A stretch of 64,000 bases of DNA from an uncultured Candidatus Bathyarchaeia archaeon (GTDB lineage Archaea; Thermoproteota; Bathyarchaeia; Bathyarchaeales; DTEX01): the NCBI GenBank assembly GCA_964584965.1, contig CAZPBM010000023.1, positions 713-64,712 of the forward strand. The letters are read 5' to 3'. A program made the position numbers and the translations under genes. Below the pieces are notes generated by a model, which had not been told where the DNA came from, did no database searches, and saw only the letters and a list, made by a program, of their open reading frames with translations. Shown here piece after piece: positions 17,895-27,318 of the stretch. Positions within the stretch are counted from its first letter, which is position 1. Every line of letters begins with the position of its first letter.

Positions 17895-18938
17895 CTAGTT
17901 AATATTAAGAGATCGTTGGATTGCGAAAAAAACTATCTCTCTAATGAATTTTTTATAGCTTATTCCAGCAGCCTTAAGTGATCGGACGAATCCTGCGCCG
18001 ATTGATATATCAGGGTTTGCATTTACCTCTAAAATGTAGGGAGTGTTATTTCTTAAACGTATGTCGATTCGCGCGTAGTCTCTGCAGCCTAATAACCTAT
18101 AGGCTTTTAACGATATTCTCTTAACATTTCTTTCTAAAGAAGAAGAAAGTTTTGCAGGACAAACTGGTTTAGTATTCTGATATTCTTCACTTTTTTCTAG
18201 CCACTTTGCTGAATAATCTACAATTTTCGGTTCTTTCTTACATTCAAAAATTATCTCTGAGATCGGTAAAACTCTTGGTTTTTCGTTGCCTAGAATTGAC
18301 ACGTTAAGCTCCCGTCCGCCAATGTACTTCTCTACAAGAGCCGGCTGCTTGTACCGCCTATTTATGTAGTCTACCCGCGTCTTAAGTTGCCGATTGTTTT
18401 TAACGAAGCTTTCCTTCATAATGCCTAGGCTTGCATCCTCCCGCAAAGGTTTAACCATTAATGGAAACTCAATTTCATTTTTCCAATCCTTGTAACTTTC
18501 CAAGATTTGATATTCAGGAGTAGGAATTTCATTAGCTTTCAGAATATGCTTTGTCAAACCCTTGTTTTGGCACAATCCCAACGTTAAGGGCGGCGAACCA
18601 GTATACGGAATCTTTAGCAGTTCCAGCACTGCAGGCACGTTCATTTCGAACTTGCTGCGGCTAAAAAAGGCTTCGCAAAGGTTCACAACGGCATCTGGCC
18701 GAAACAGCTCCAGTGAGTTGATAAGAGTCTTGATGTCGTCTTTAACCGGAAGCAGGTGGCAAGACCAGCGAAGTTTCATAATAGCTTCTTGAACCGCCTT
18801 CACGTTGTCTTGAACCTTAGGCTCTGAAAAGTGGCTGTTATCTTCTTCAAAAACATCATTATAGATGACGTCGAAAAGAATTCCGACTCTGAAATCCCAA
18901 TTAGCAAGGCGTCTTCGACCGCGTTCAAACTTGAACAT
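17895..18938 (-). CDS. ATP-grasp enzyme, D-alanine--D-alanine ligase-like (paralog C, close to paralog A)
   Basis: Long identical runs are shared with the 7070-8095 product: GRELNVSILGNE, VLPISEI, EPKIVD.SAKWL, TKPVCPA, CRDYARIDIRL, AGFVRSL..AGISY. Confidence 0.75.
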   Translation of the reverse strand: MFKFERGRRRLANWDFRVGILFDVIYNDVFEEDNSHFSEPKVQDNVKAVQEAIMKLRWSCHLLPVKDDIKTLINSLELFRPDAVVNLCEAFFSRSKFEMNVPAVLELLKIPYTGSPPLTLGLCQNKGLTKHILKANEIPTPEYQILESYKDWKNEIEFPLMVKPLREDASLGIMKESFVKNNRQLKTRVDYINRRYKQPALVEKYIGGRELNVSILGNEKPRVLPISEIIFECKKEPKIVDYSAKWLEKSEEYQNTKPVCPAKLSSSLERNVKRISLKAYRLLGCRDYARIDIRLRNNTPYILEVNANPDISIGAGFVRSLKAAGISYKKFIREIVFFAIQRSLNIN

Positions 18939-19040
18939 TGTGCCTACACTAACAATAATAAACTCGGAACCATATAGAAGTTTTGAAAGAAAAATGGTTT
19001 TAATTCGATACGAAATACAAGCGCATCTGACATCTAAAGC

Positions 19041-20123
19041 ATGTCAACCTACGATGTTAGGTTTAAATTAATGGTTGTTATCCTAATACTTGGGAGAGTA
19101 AGAGTGCTTCGAAAGTGCTTCATTGCGATTATTATCACAATACTGGGTATATCGAATGCAATCGTGGCAAAGGCTGAATCCGTTTACGAGGAGTCTTTAA
19201 CGCTAAACATTGGTGTAACAAGGGATATGTATTGCATTGCCAATATAGTGTTCAAAGTTTCAAGCCTAAATGGTCCATTTAGCGTTATTGATTTTACAGG
19301 TGAGTTTAGCTTCGTTAACTTGTATGTCGAATGTAATCCGAGCATAGTTAAACTTGTCCTTGAAGGGCCTACAGTAATTTATACTTTTAATTACTCCACC
19401 ATGGTCAAAGTATGTTTGAATAGAACGAGGCTTACAGGCTTCGCTCAAGGAAAAATAAAAGCTGACGTATTAAAAAGAAAGTTTGAAAATTTATTTGATG
19501 TTTTTCTCTTTTACGAGGAAAACGCCAGCCAATTTTTGCTTACGGGAATTGTTGAGTATTATTACATAAGCGAGGTCCCTGTTGTAGATAAACTCTGGAA
19601 CGCCTTTCTAAAGCAAGAGTATCCTGGATTTAGTGAGCTATTTTCTGCAAATCTTAATATTAGAAACATGAACATACGGCTAAGACTTGACAAGATTGGC
19701 GACCAACACTTGTGGTTATACGAAATCAGCGGATTTGGAGGAAGATTATTTCCAATAAGTTTCAACAAGGAATATACGGTTAGCGTGAACGAAATACTCG
19801 GGCACGTGGGAGCTATCGGTTCTGCGCCTGGTGCTTTATCATCAAACATCGTCATTAGTCTTCATGTTGGAAAGGGAAATTATACATTTGTGCCTCTTGA
19901 AACCGCGCCTGAGATGACTAAGACGCTGGTTACGCCGGAACAAATTATATATCAAACTGATATAGCGGGCAGCAGCTGCAATGACATCAAAATAAGGTTT
20001 AAGATTATTGAGTCAGGTGATAATGCGACAACCGTGTATGTAGCAGCGATAATACTAGGCGCATTTTCCTGTATAACTGGAATTTTTTTATTAAGGAGAC
20101 GTAGACCTAAGTCTTACCGTTAA
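19041..20123 (+). CDS. Hypothetical secreted protein with C-terminal TM anchor
   Basis: The N-terminal hydrophobic signal is LRKCFIAIIITILGISNAIVAKA. The C-terminal helix plus basic tail is VYVAAIILGAFSCITGIFLLRRRRPKSYR. I recognised no family motif. Confidence 0.5.
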   Translation: MSTYDVRFKLMVVILILGRVRVLRKCFIAIIITILGISNAIVAKAESVYEESLTLNIGVTRDMYCIANIVFKVSSLNGPFSVIDFTGEFSFVNLYVECNPSIVKLVLEGPTVIYTFNYSTMVKVCLNRTRLTGFAQGKIKADVLKRKFENLFDVFLFYEENASQFLLTGIVEYYYISEVPVVDKLWNAFLKQEYPGFSELFSANLNIRNMNIRLRLDKIGDQHLWLYEISGFGGRLFPISFNKEYTVSVNEILGHVGAIGSAPGALSSNIVISLHVGKGNYTFVPLETAPEMTKTLVTPEQIIYQTDIAGSSCNDIKIRFKIIESGDNATTVYVAAIILGAFSCITGIFLLRRRRPKSYR

Positions 20124-20201
20124 AGGATTTAAGACCCCCGTCTTGGCGAAGGTGTTATATCCTTTTTGACTGCCATATAAAGGCAAAATGGAGGATTCAA
20201 C

Positions 20202-21287
20202 ATGCAAGTTTATAAAGTTGCAATTATCGGTTCGGGTGGTCGCGGCAAGTGTCACGCAAGAGCCTACGCGGCTAATCCTGAAGCTAAGCTTGTGGCTTGC
20301 GCAGACATAAAAAAAGAAAACGCTGAAGCCCTTTCTGCTGAGCAAGGTCTTCCAAAATCCAAGATTTATTTAGACCATAAAGAAATGCTTCGAAAAGAGA
20401 AGCCTGACATAGTCAGCGTCTGCACTTGGCCTGGGTCGCATGCGCAGATGGTAGTTGACAGTGTCGAAGCTGGGGTGAAGGCCATTTTTCTCGAGAAGCC
20501 TCTTGCTCCAACTTGGGCTGAGTCTAGGAGGCTTTATCAAGCATGCGTGGACGGCGGTGTTTTGCTTGCTGTTTGTCACCAACGAAGATTTGCGCCTCCT
20601 TTTGTTAAGGCCCATGAGCTTGCGAACAATGGCACAATGGGGCAGCTCCATAGGGTTGAGGGTTTTTGCCCAAACCTTTTTGATTGGGGCACGCACTGGT
20701 TTGACATGTTCAATTTCTACAACAACGACCAGCCCGCGGAGTGGGTTATGGGTCAGATAAGCTACGAGTGGGAAAAGCTGTACACTGTTTTCGGGGTTCC
20801 TGTCGAGACCAATGGGCTTTCTTACATAAAATGGAAGAATGGCGTATGCGGGCTTATGGTTACTGGTCGAAATACTGGGGGGAGGTGTGCGAACAGGCTT
20901 ATCGGAAGCAAGGGCATGATTGAGTTGGATGTTTTTTGGAACCACCAAATATGGGGAGAAAAAAAGGAGGGGCCGATTCTACGCGTCTTGACAGAGGACT
21001 CGAAAGGCTGGCTTACGCCAGAGCTTAGATACAGCTCTGGTGAGCTTTACCCGTATAAGAACAGTGAACAGATGGAAGATGTGCTGGCAGTTAAAGATCT
21101 AATTGAATGTCTGAAAACAGGGAGAGAACCAGTTTTGGCTGGAAGGAAGGCACTTCAGGCAACTGAGCTTATCTTCGCTACTTATGAGTCCAGCCGTAGA
21201 AGAGCGAGGATTTATCTTCCACTGGACATCGAAGACTCCCCATATATCTCAATGCTTGAATCAGGAGTTATTGGTCCAAAAAGCTAA
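20202..21287 (+). CDS. Gfo/Idh/MocA family oxidoreductase
   Basis: The N-terminal Rossmann motif is KVAIIGSGGRGKCHARAY, followed by the EKPLA motif. Length is 361 aa. Confidence 0.85.
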   Translation: MQVYKVAIIGSGGRGKCHARAYAANPEAKLVACADIKKENAEALSAEQGLPKSKIYLDHKEMLRKEKPDIVSVCTWPGSHAQMVVDSVEAGVKAIFLEKPLAPTWAESRRLYQACVDGGVLLAVCHQRRFAPPFVKAHELANNGTMGQLHRVEGFCPNLFDWGTHWFDMFNFYNNDQPAEWVMGQISYEWEKLYTVFGVPVETNGLSYIKWKNGVCGLMVTGRNTGGRCANRLIGSKGMIELDVFWNHQIWGEKKEGPILRVLTEDSKGWLTPELRYSSGELYPYKNSEQMEDVLAVKDLIECLKTGREPVLAGRKALQATELIFATYESSRRRARIYLPLDIEDSPYISMLESGVIGPKS

Positions 21288-21317
21288 AGGCTCGTAGGCG
21301 TTTTCCCTTTTTCTTTA

Positions 21318-22295
21318 TTAGTTCTTTTCGTACATTAGTCTTTCGCCGTGTGCAGCTTTTTGTGGAACTGGTTTTCTGCCTTGAATTATGCGTTTGTATG
21401 CTCTATTGTGTCTTTGAAAGTACTTGAAAACGGATTCGAAACAGAACTCTTTTTGGAGTTGCTCCGTGGTTAGGGTTTCGTCAGTTGGTTCAACGAGGAA
21501 CTGTCCTTCGTCTATGTGTGACCGTATCTCAACTCGACCTGGATGAGCGTCCATTATTTTATCTGGTATACTGTAGTTAAAGTCGTAGTGTGATACAACG
21601 TAGTCTAAATTGATGTCCCGGTAGATTACGGACATGTTTTTGTCTGTTTCAGCCAGGATTACGCCACATGGGTCGATGATTCTGGATTTTTCTGTGCAAA
21701 CAGATGACACGACATAATAGTGATGAAGGTAAGCGTAGACTTGAAGTGGAAAGCCGCCGTTATAGGCTGAAGGCCAAAACACCATTTTTACGCTGTTCTC
21801 GGAGAGCTGTCTCCAGGATTCGGGGAAATTGATGTCGAAGCATATCTGTATACCTATGCGTCCAAAGTCAAGGTCGAAGACAGATACTTCAGCTCCAGGG
21901 GTGACGCCTTTCTCGAAAACCGTGTAGTCACTTGAGCTTGTAACTGGGTGAACCTTGTCGTATATTCCTGCGACTTCTCCGTTTCTATCTATGATGATTG
22001 CTGAGTTCCAAATTTTTCCTTCTCTTAACGTAAAGATAGGGCATATTATGTAACAACCATACTTCTTAGCACGTTTGGCAACAACGTTGGTTGTAGGACC
22101 AGGAACTGTTTCAGCAAGTTCCTCTATTGGTTTGGTTATGGATGCTGCTGTGAATGTTTCTGGGAGGCAAACTATGTCTGGTTTTTGTTTAAGTGCAAGG
22201 TTCAGAAGTTTCATAACATATTCACGGTTCGCTTCAATTGAGCTGTGGAAGTTTCTGCCTTGACAGACTGTGGCTACACGTGTTTTTCTTCCCAA
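21318..22295 (-). CDS. Carbon-nitrogen hydrolase (nitrilase superfamily)
   Basis: PDIVCLPE (Glu), IGIQICFDINFPE (Cys) and VFWPSAY are nitrilase-superfamily signatures. Confidence 0.85.
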   Translation of the reverse strand: MGRKTRVATVCQGRNFHSSIEANREYVMKLLNLALKQKPDIVCLPETFTAASITKPIEELAETVPGPTTNVVAKRAKKYGCYIICPIFTLREGKIWNSAIIIDRNGEVAGIYDKVHPVTSSSDYTVFEKGVTPGAEVSVFDLDFGRIGIQICFDINFPESWRQLSENSVKMVFWPSAYNGGFPLQVYAYLHHYYVVSSVCTEKSRIIDPCGVILAETDKNMSVIYRDINLDYVVSHYDFNYSIPDKIMDAHPGRVEIRSHIDEGQFLVEPTDETLTTEQLQKEFCFESVFKYFQRHNRAYKRIIQGRKPVPQKAAHGERLMYEKN

Positions 22296-22441
22296 ACTCT
22301 GTCACCTTAGCATGGTAGATGTTGTTTTTTCGACTGAAAAGATTTGCTTTACTGAACAAATAGGATATGTTGTTTATGTTTGAGATTTAAATTTTAAATA
22401 AGTGTATTAGAAAATATACTGTACAGTAGGAGCATGAAAAT

Positions 22442-23923
22442 ATGCGTTTCATGAAATACTCCGAGAAAATTCTGATATGCTTTATTGCAACTTTGTTGAC
22501 GTTGAACTTGTCATTAGCTGTAAAAGTGCCTTTGTCTTCAGGAGAACCAGATTTTACCTATTATGGTGTCGTGCCAGCGAGAATTTACAGCTACAACCTT
22601 ACTGATTCGAGCAACCGCACTTCAGGTTGGAGGCTTGACACAGGCTCTGTAGGTGAAGCGTCTTTAGTTGTGATTGTCGCAGCTGAGGACGACACGCATG
22701 TAAGAGTTTACGATTTAACGCTTGGTAGGCTCACCGCAGAGTTTAACCTTGACAGCATGAAGAAGCAGTACGTGTTGTTTGCTAATGGAACAATGTTTAA
22801 GGTGGTTTCAAACAAGCATGTCTCTGTCATGTTGTTGAATTATCACAGTATACCTGAGCCTACTGCGCTTGAATTGACTTTGGCGTTTGGTTTTTACACG
22901 ACTACAGATGGCTTGTTCGTCGGGAAAGAGTTTGTCATCATGGGTTCTGGGCAGGGAATTGGCACGGACTACGTTATTCTTGCTTTGGAAAAGTCGAGTG
23001 TTACGGTAACTAGAGATGATGGTTCGAAGTTTTCCGTATCTCTTGACGCCAACTCTTTCAAATACATAACGTTAGCGCCTTATAGGGTTTATAGAATCAC
23101 ATCAACTGGCAACATTATGGTGCAGTCAGGCTACATTCAGGGAAGAGGTGGAGACTATGTTCCATGTTTCTCTATTCCATCTGCTCAAGGGGGCTTTGTT
23201 GGAACGTACTTCACGACCTTATCGTTGAAAAGCCAAGAGTGGGGGTGGGATCCAGAAAGAGACTATGGTTTTCGGATAACGGCTTTGGAAGACACAACCG
23301 TCAGGGTGTATGATCTAGAAACGAAGATGGAAGTTGCTAAGGTTACAGTAAAAGGCGGTAGCGGAACTAAGGTGCAGGTTGAGTCCAACGCAATTGCTGT
23401 GCAGAGTGACAAGCCAATAACGTTAGCTATGCTTCATAATGGCAGCATTACACAAAAAGCACGAAGCGGCGCAGCTCAGTTCGCTTCGTATGGTCACGGA
23501 GTACTGTTTATAGGTATTCAGCCTAATGTGGATACACCGATCCATCTGCCTACTGACGCTCAGATCGATGCCTATTTCTTTGCTGTTGAAGAAACCACGT
23601 TAGTTATAGACGAGGACACTTATACAATAAATGCGAACTCTCCTTTGCCTTACATTACGCCTGGGACTCACATTATTCGGGCTAACAAAAACGTTGTTTT
23701 ACAACTTAACTTCTGGCCTCTTGAGCCTGAGTATCAAGGGCTTGAGTATACTGGAGCCATTATTCCGTGCGTTGAGACGGTGGACGAGAATCCCAAGGTC
23801 ACATTTACTCCAATTGAGGGCGGTTTCCCAATAATGTACGTGGTCGTTGGCGTGGCAGTTGTTGCAGTAGCTGCAATTGTTGGGGTTTTTGCTGTAAAGA
23901 GGCGTGGTGGCAAACCTAGCTGA
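22442..23923 (+). CDS. Hypothetical secreted protein with C-terminal TM anchor
   Basis: The signal-like N-terminus is ILICFIATLLTLNLSLAVKV, followed by a long beta-rich ectodomain. The C-terminal helix plus basic tail is MYVVVGVAVVAVAAIVGVFAVKRRGGKPS. Confidence 0.5.
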   Translation: MRFMKYSEKILICFIATLLTLNLSLAVKVPLSSGEPDFTYYGVVPARIYSYNLTDSSNRTSGWRLDTGSVGEASLVVIVAAEDDTHVRVYDLTLGRLTAEFNLDSMKKQYVLFANGTMFKVVSNKHVSVMLLNYHSIPEPTALELTLAFGFYTTTDGLFVGKEFVIMGSGQGIGTDYVILALEKSSVTVTRDDGSKFSVSLDANSFKYITLAPYRVYRITSTGNIMVQSGYIQGRGGDYVPCFSIPSAQGGFVGTYFTTLSLKSQEWGWDPERDYGFRITALEDTTVRVYDLETKMEVAKVTVKGGSGTKVQVESNAIAVQSDKPITLAMLHNGSITQKARSGAAQFASYGHGVLFIGIQPNVDTPIHLPTDAQIDAYFFAVEETTLVIDEDTYTINANSPLPYITPGTHIIRANKNVVLQLNFWPLEPEYQGLEYTGAIIPCVETVDENPKVTFTPIEGGFPIMYVVVGVAVVAVAAIVGVFAVKRRGGKPS

Positions 23924-24253
23924 GCTGATGCAAGGCGTGTTTCCGTAAAAAGCGTAGATGCGGTTGACGTCACGCATCCACCTGTTCAAAGCCTCCTCAA
24001 CATTGGCTTCTGTGACTATTACTTCGCCGACGTGGAAGCCCTGCCGAAAATCTGGCCGAGTGTAAATCTTAATAGCTGTCAGAAGGGCACTAAGATGCCT
24101 TATTCGAGTCGGCGCAGGCTCAGACTGTTCACCAAGATCATCCTCAATCTGCTGGTCAGAAAAAGAGATAAGAGCCTCAACCTCGTCGTCGCCAAGCATA
24201 GCCTCCGTAACGCCTGTCAGGACCCCCACATCAGAAACAGAACAAAGACCCAA
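23699..24253 (-). CDS. Hypothetical protein (true extent uncertain)
   Basis: Only the first ~105 codons (24253 to ~23940) look protein-like. The last 225 nt run antisense through the TM anchor of the convergent gene and look non-biological. The ORF starts at TTG. Confidence 0.3.
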   Translation of the reverse strand: MGLCSVSDVGVLTGVTEAMLGDDEVEALISFSDQQIEDDLGEQSEPAPTRIRHLSALLTAIKIYTRPDFRQGFHVGEVIVTEANVEEALNRWMRDVNRIYAFYGNTPCISSARFATTPLYSKNPNNCSYCNNCHANDHVHYWETALNWSKCDLGILVHRLNARNNGSSILKPLILRLKRPEVKL

Positions 24254-24467
24254 TTCCGCTTCCCTTGGACCTTTCTTAGGCTTTTCTTTATTAAAGAAGA
24301 TAAATTTAAGCGATTTTGTGAAATTAATTAGAAAATTAGTTGTTAATTAACTTATTATGCATAATTCAGGTGTTGTGTCCCATTGTTTTTAGGAATTATG
24401 TTCGGGCATAAAGATTTTGTAAAGGCATAAAAGTCTATTTATGCATTTAATTATTGGTTGACGTTGT

Positions 24468-25703
24468 ATGGCTGAGTTAGCAGTTAATGGTGGTCCTGCA
24501 GAGGCTTCTGAGCTGAAAAACAAAATTCCAAGTTGGCCTAGAGCAAGCGCCAAGGCTAAGAAGGCTCTTTTTGAGACTTTAGAAAGTGGGAAATGGTGCC
24601 GCATCTACGCGGGCTCAAAAGCAGAACAGTTCGAAAAGGCGTTTGCTTCCTACCACAATGCAAAGCACGGTATAGCTGTTGCAAACGGCACAGTTTCGCT
24701 GGAGCTCGCTTTAAAAACGGGAAAAATCGGGTTCGGCGACGAGGTTCTTGTTCCAGCTGTGACTTTCATTGCTTCAGCTTCGGCTGTCACCGAGGTCGGT
24801 GCAGTTCCACGGTTCGTTGATGTTGACCCGGAAACTGCGGCTATGAGCCCAAAAGCCTTGAAAGATGCTATAACTGACAAAACAAAGGCGGTTTTAGTAG
24901 TCCACTATGCTGGCTACCCAGTTGATTTTGACGAGATTCTGCCTATTGTTAGGCGTAACGGCTTGTTTCTGGTTGAGGACTGTGCTCATGCACATGGAAC
25001 TGAATGGAAGGGACGCAAGGTCGGCGCAATTGGAGACATGGGCTCTTTCTCTTTTCAGGAGTCTAAGTCGCTGGCTTCAGGTGAAGGCGGCATCGTCCTC
25101 ACAGACATCGACATGCTTGCTGAAAGGGCGAGGCTTATACACAACATCGGCAGAGTAGTTGGCAGACCAGGCTACGAGCATTATATTCTCAGCTCAAACT
25201 ATCGGCTGTCGGAGCTCCAAGCTGCGTTATTGCTGGCAAAGATGGATGAGCTGCCGAAAGAGGTTGAACAAAAACATGTGAATGGCGAGTACCTTGCGAA
25301 GAAGCTTACAGAAATAGGCGGGGTTGAACCGTTGAGAAGAGATCCAAGGATCACGAAGCGTGGCTACTACTTCTTTGTCATACGCTACGACGCAACAGAG
25401 TTTAGCGGTCTCCCGAAAAAACGGTTTATCGAAGCCCTCAATGCCGAGGGAGTGCCAGCAAGCAGCGGATACGGAATGCCGCTCTACAAGCAGCCTGCAT
25501 TCAAAAAAGAAAACCTTGAAACCGTAATACCTAAAGGCGTTAAAGCTCCAGACTATGAAAGGCTCAGCCTGCCAGGCACAGAAAAATACATAGCCGAAGA
25601 AGTAACGTTGCCGCATCCTGTTCTGCTTTCAGGCAAAGAAAGCTTAGACCTCGTTGTAAACAGCATACAAAAAATAAAAGAAAACGTCAACGAACTGTTG
25701 TAG
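24468..25703 (+). CDS. DegT/DnrJ/EryC1/StrS family PLP-dependent aminotransferase
   Basis: FEKAFASYHNAKHGIAVANGTVSLELAL and DCAHAHG are present, along with SFQESKSLASGEGG (PLP lysine). Confidence 0.9.
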   Translation: MAELAVNGGPAEASELKNKIPSWPRASAKAKKALFETLESGKWCRIYAGSKAEQFEKAFASYHNAKHGIAVANGTVSLELALKTGKIGFGDEVLVPAVTFIASASAVTEVGAVPRFVDVDPETAAMSPKALKDAITDKTKAVLVVHYAGYPVDFDEILPIVRRNGLFLVEDCAHAHGTEWKGRKVGAIGDMGSFSFQESKSLASGEGGIVLTDIDMLAERARLIHNIGRVVGRPGYEHYILSSNYRLSELQAALLLAKMDELPKEVEQKHVNGEYLAKKLTEIGGVEPLRRDPRITKRGYYFFVIRYDATEFSGLPKKRFIEALNAEGVPASSGYGMPLYKQPAFKKENLETVIPKGVKAPDYERLSLPGTEKYIAEEVTLPHPVLLSGKESLDLVVNSIQKIKENVNELL

Positions 25704-25714
25704 CTGTCTCAAAC
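25701..25714. repeat. 14-nt perfect direct repeat, copy 1 (TAGCTGTCTCAAAC)
   Basis: Identical to 26078-26091. This copy begins with the DegT stop codon. Confidence 0.85.
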
Positions 25715-26077
25715 CATTATGGAGCTTTGCTGAACAATGAAAGACATAATCCCGTAATTCTTACTTTCCAACAGCAATTGCCGTGACCTTTTGGTATAGA
25801 AAAGGCTTGATATACTGATCCTCCAGACTTCGTGTAACGTTGTTGTACCATGTGTAATATTAATAAAATTAATTTTGATACCCCTTTTTGTTGGTGTCCA
25901 GTAAATCTGTATAACAATCATGCTGAAACTGCCACTCCGCCACCAACCATGATAAGCTCTTGTGTCAAGAGCATGAACGTTTCCTTCTGCATACGTGCAC
26001 ATTCAGTTTCCCGTACTGCTAATCTTGCTACGAGGAAGTCACAAAGAGAAAGCTGTTCAGAGACAAAGCCAGAATTT

Positions 26078-26091
26078 TAGCTGTCTCAAAC
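26078..26091. repeat. 14-nt perfect direct repeat, copy 2 (TAGCTGTCTCAAAC)
   Basis: Identical to 25701-25714, 377 nt downstream, inside a ~560-nt gap with no convincing gene. Confidence 0.85.
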
Positions 26092-26261
26092 GTGATGACA
26101 AAAACTACGGTGGCATGCTTAACAAAAAACACTAAGGTAAGTGGAGTTCAACTTCAAAAACGACAGCTGCGGATAACTGTTCAAAGAAGCCAACAAGGAA
26201 CTGTTGCTGGAAAACGCGCTCGCTGAACTGGAAACCCAAAAAATGTAAACAAAAAAGGGGC

Positions 26262-27275
26262 CTAGTAACCCATTTTTTCTATAGCGTCCGCCAAGCCTTT
26301 CATGTAGCCAAGTCCAAGAACTTTTCCGAGAACGTAGTATCCTGCTGATCCTCCACGGGCTTCTTCACCGATCAGTTTAGGCGCGTGGTCAGGCCTCATC
26401 GGCCCCATGAACCCAACCTCGTAGTAGGCTTTCATCGCCTCAAACATGTCCACTTGGCCGTCGGGGTCGTCATGGAAGATCTCTTGAAAGCCTCCCTTCG
26501 AATGTACAGTGCCCTTCACGTTCCTGAAATGCGCAAAGAAGATCTTTTTTTGCTTGCCAAAGTGCCTTATCGCAGCTGGGACGTCCACACCCATCTCGGC
26601 GAAGCATCCTTGGCAGAAGTTGATTCCGACGTTAGGGCTTGGAACAAGGTTCATCAGCTTGTCAAAGGCTTCCACGCTTCTGAGGATTCGCGGAAAACCC
26701 TGAATCGGCGAAATTGGAGGATCATCAGGATGGAAGGTCACGACGACGCCTGCTTGCTCAGCGGTGGGCAGAACGCCTTTCAGAAGGTACTTCATGTTTT
26801 TCCATATATCTTTCTCTTTGTACTTTCCGAACCTGACTGTGGGCGGAATGTCCTTTACAAGCTCGTAGTCGAACGCAGTTGAGGTTGCGCCTCCACGAGT
26901 AGGTTTGTCAGTCTCAGTTCTCCAAATCATGTTTGGCACAGGAGGCATGTGCTGAGGCTTAATGACCTTGATGCCCGCTGCGCCTAGGTTCTCTAGGGAC
27001 TTACAAAAGTTTTCGAGCTGCTCCTCCTTGCCTGGGAGGTTATAAACGATTTTTTCTATCCTCGGGCCGTCTTCGAAAACCTCAAGTCTAAGTCCAAAGT
27101 TTTCCACGTGCCTCTTTAACTGAACAAGGTCACCGTATTCCCAAACCTCGCCGCCCAAAGGCGTGGACGGGCCGTGTCCAATTACGTCTGTGCAGCCTAG
27201 CTGCTGCATCAACACGAGGTTTTCAGGCTTATAAACGTCGCTTGGCAAAATAACCGCAAACCGCATCCTAGCCAT
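26262..27275 (-). CDS. uxuA: Mannonate dehydratase
   Basis: VVTFHPDDPPISPIQGFPRILRS, IFFAHFRNVKG and HDDPDGQVDMFEAMKAYYEVGFMGPMRPDHAP follow the E. coli UxuA C-terminal half as I recall it (HPDDPP...LPRI, F.HLR, GDVDM, PMRPDH). Confidence 0.8.
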   Translation of the reverse strand: MARMRFAVILPSDVYKPENLVLMQQLGCTDVIGHGPSTPLGGEVWEYGDLVQLKRHVENFGLRLEVFEDGPRIEKIVYNLPGKEEQLENFCKSLENLGAAGIKVIKPQHMPPVPNMIWRTETDKPTRGGATSTAFDYELVKDIPPTVRFGKYKEKDIWKNMKYLLKGVLPTAEQAGVVVTFHPDDPPISPIQGFPRILRSVEAFDKLMNLVPSPNVGINFCQGCFAEMGVDVPAAIRHFGKQKKIFFAHFRNVKGTVHSKGGFQEIFHDDPDGQVDMFEAMKAYYEVGFMGPMRPDHAPKLIGEEARGGSAGYYVLGKVLGLGYMKGLADAIEKMGY

Positions 27276-27318
27276 AGGTCATCACATGGAAATTAAGAGC
27301 ATCTTCCAATATAAAAAA

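Noticed and set aside
25709-26002. Minus-strand ORFs of 97 and 66 aa, and a 76-aa plus-strand ORF, lie in the gap after DegT.
   Set aside because: They mutually overlap, have no recognisable domain and have odd composition. The region is treated as a rearrangement scar rather than coding sequence.
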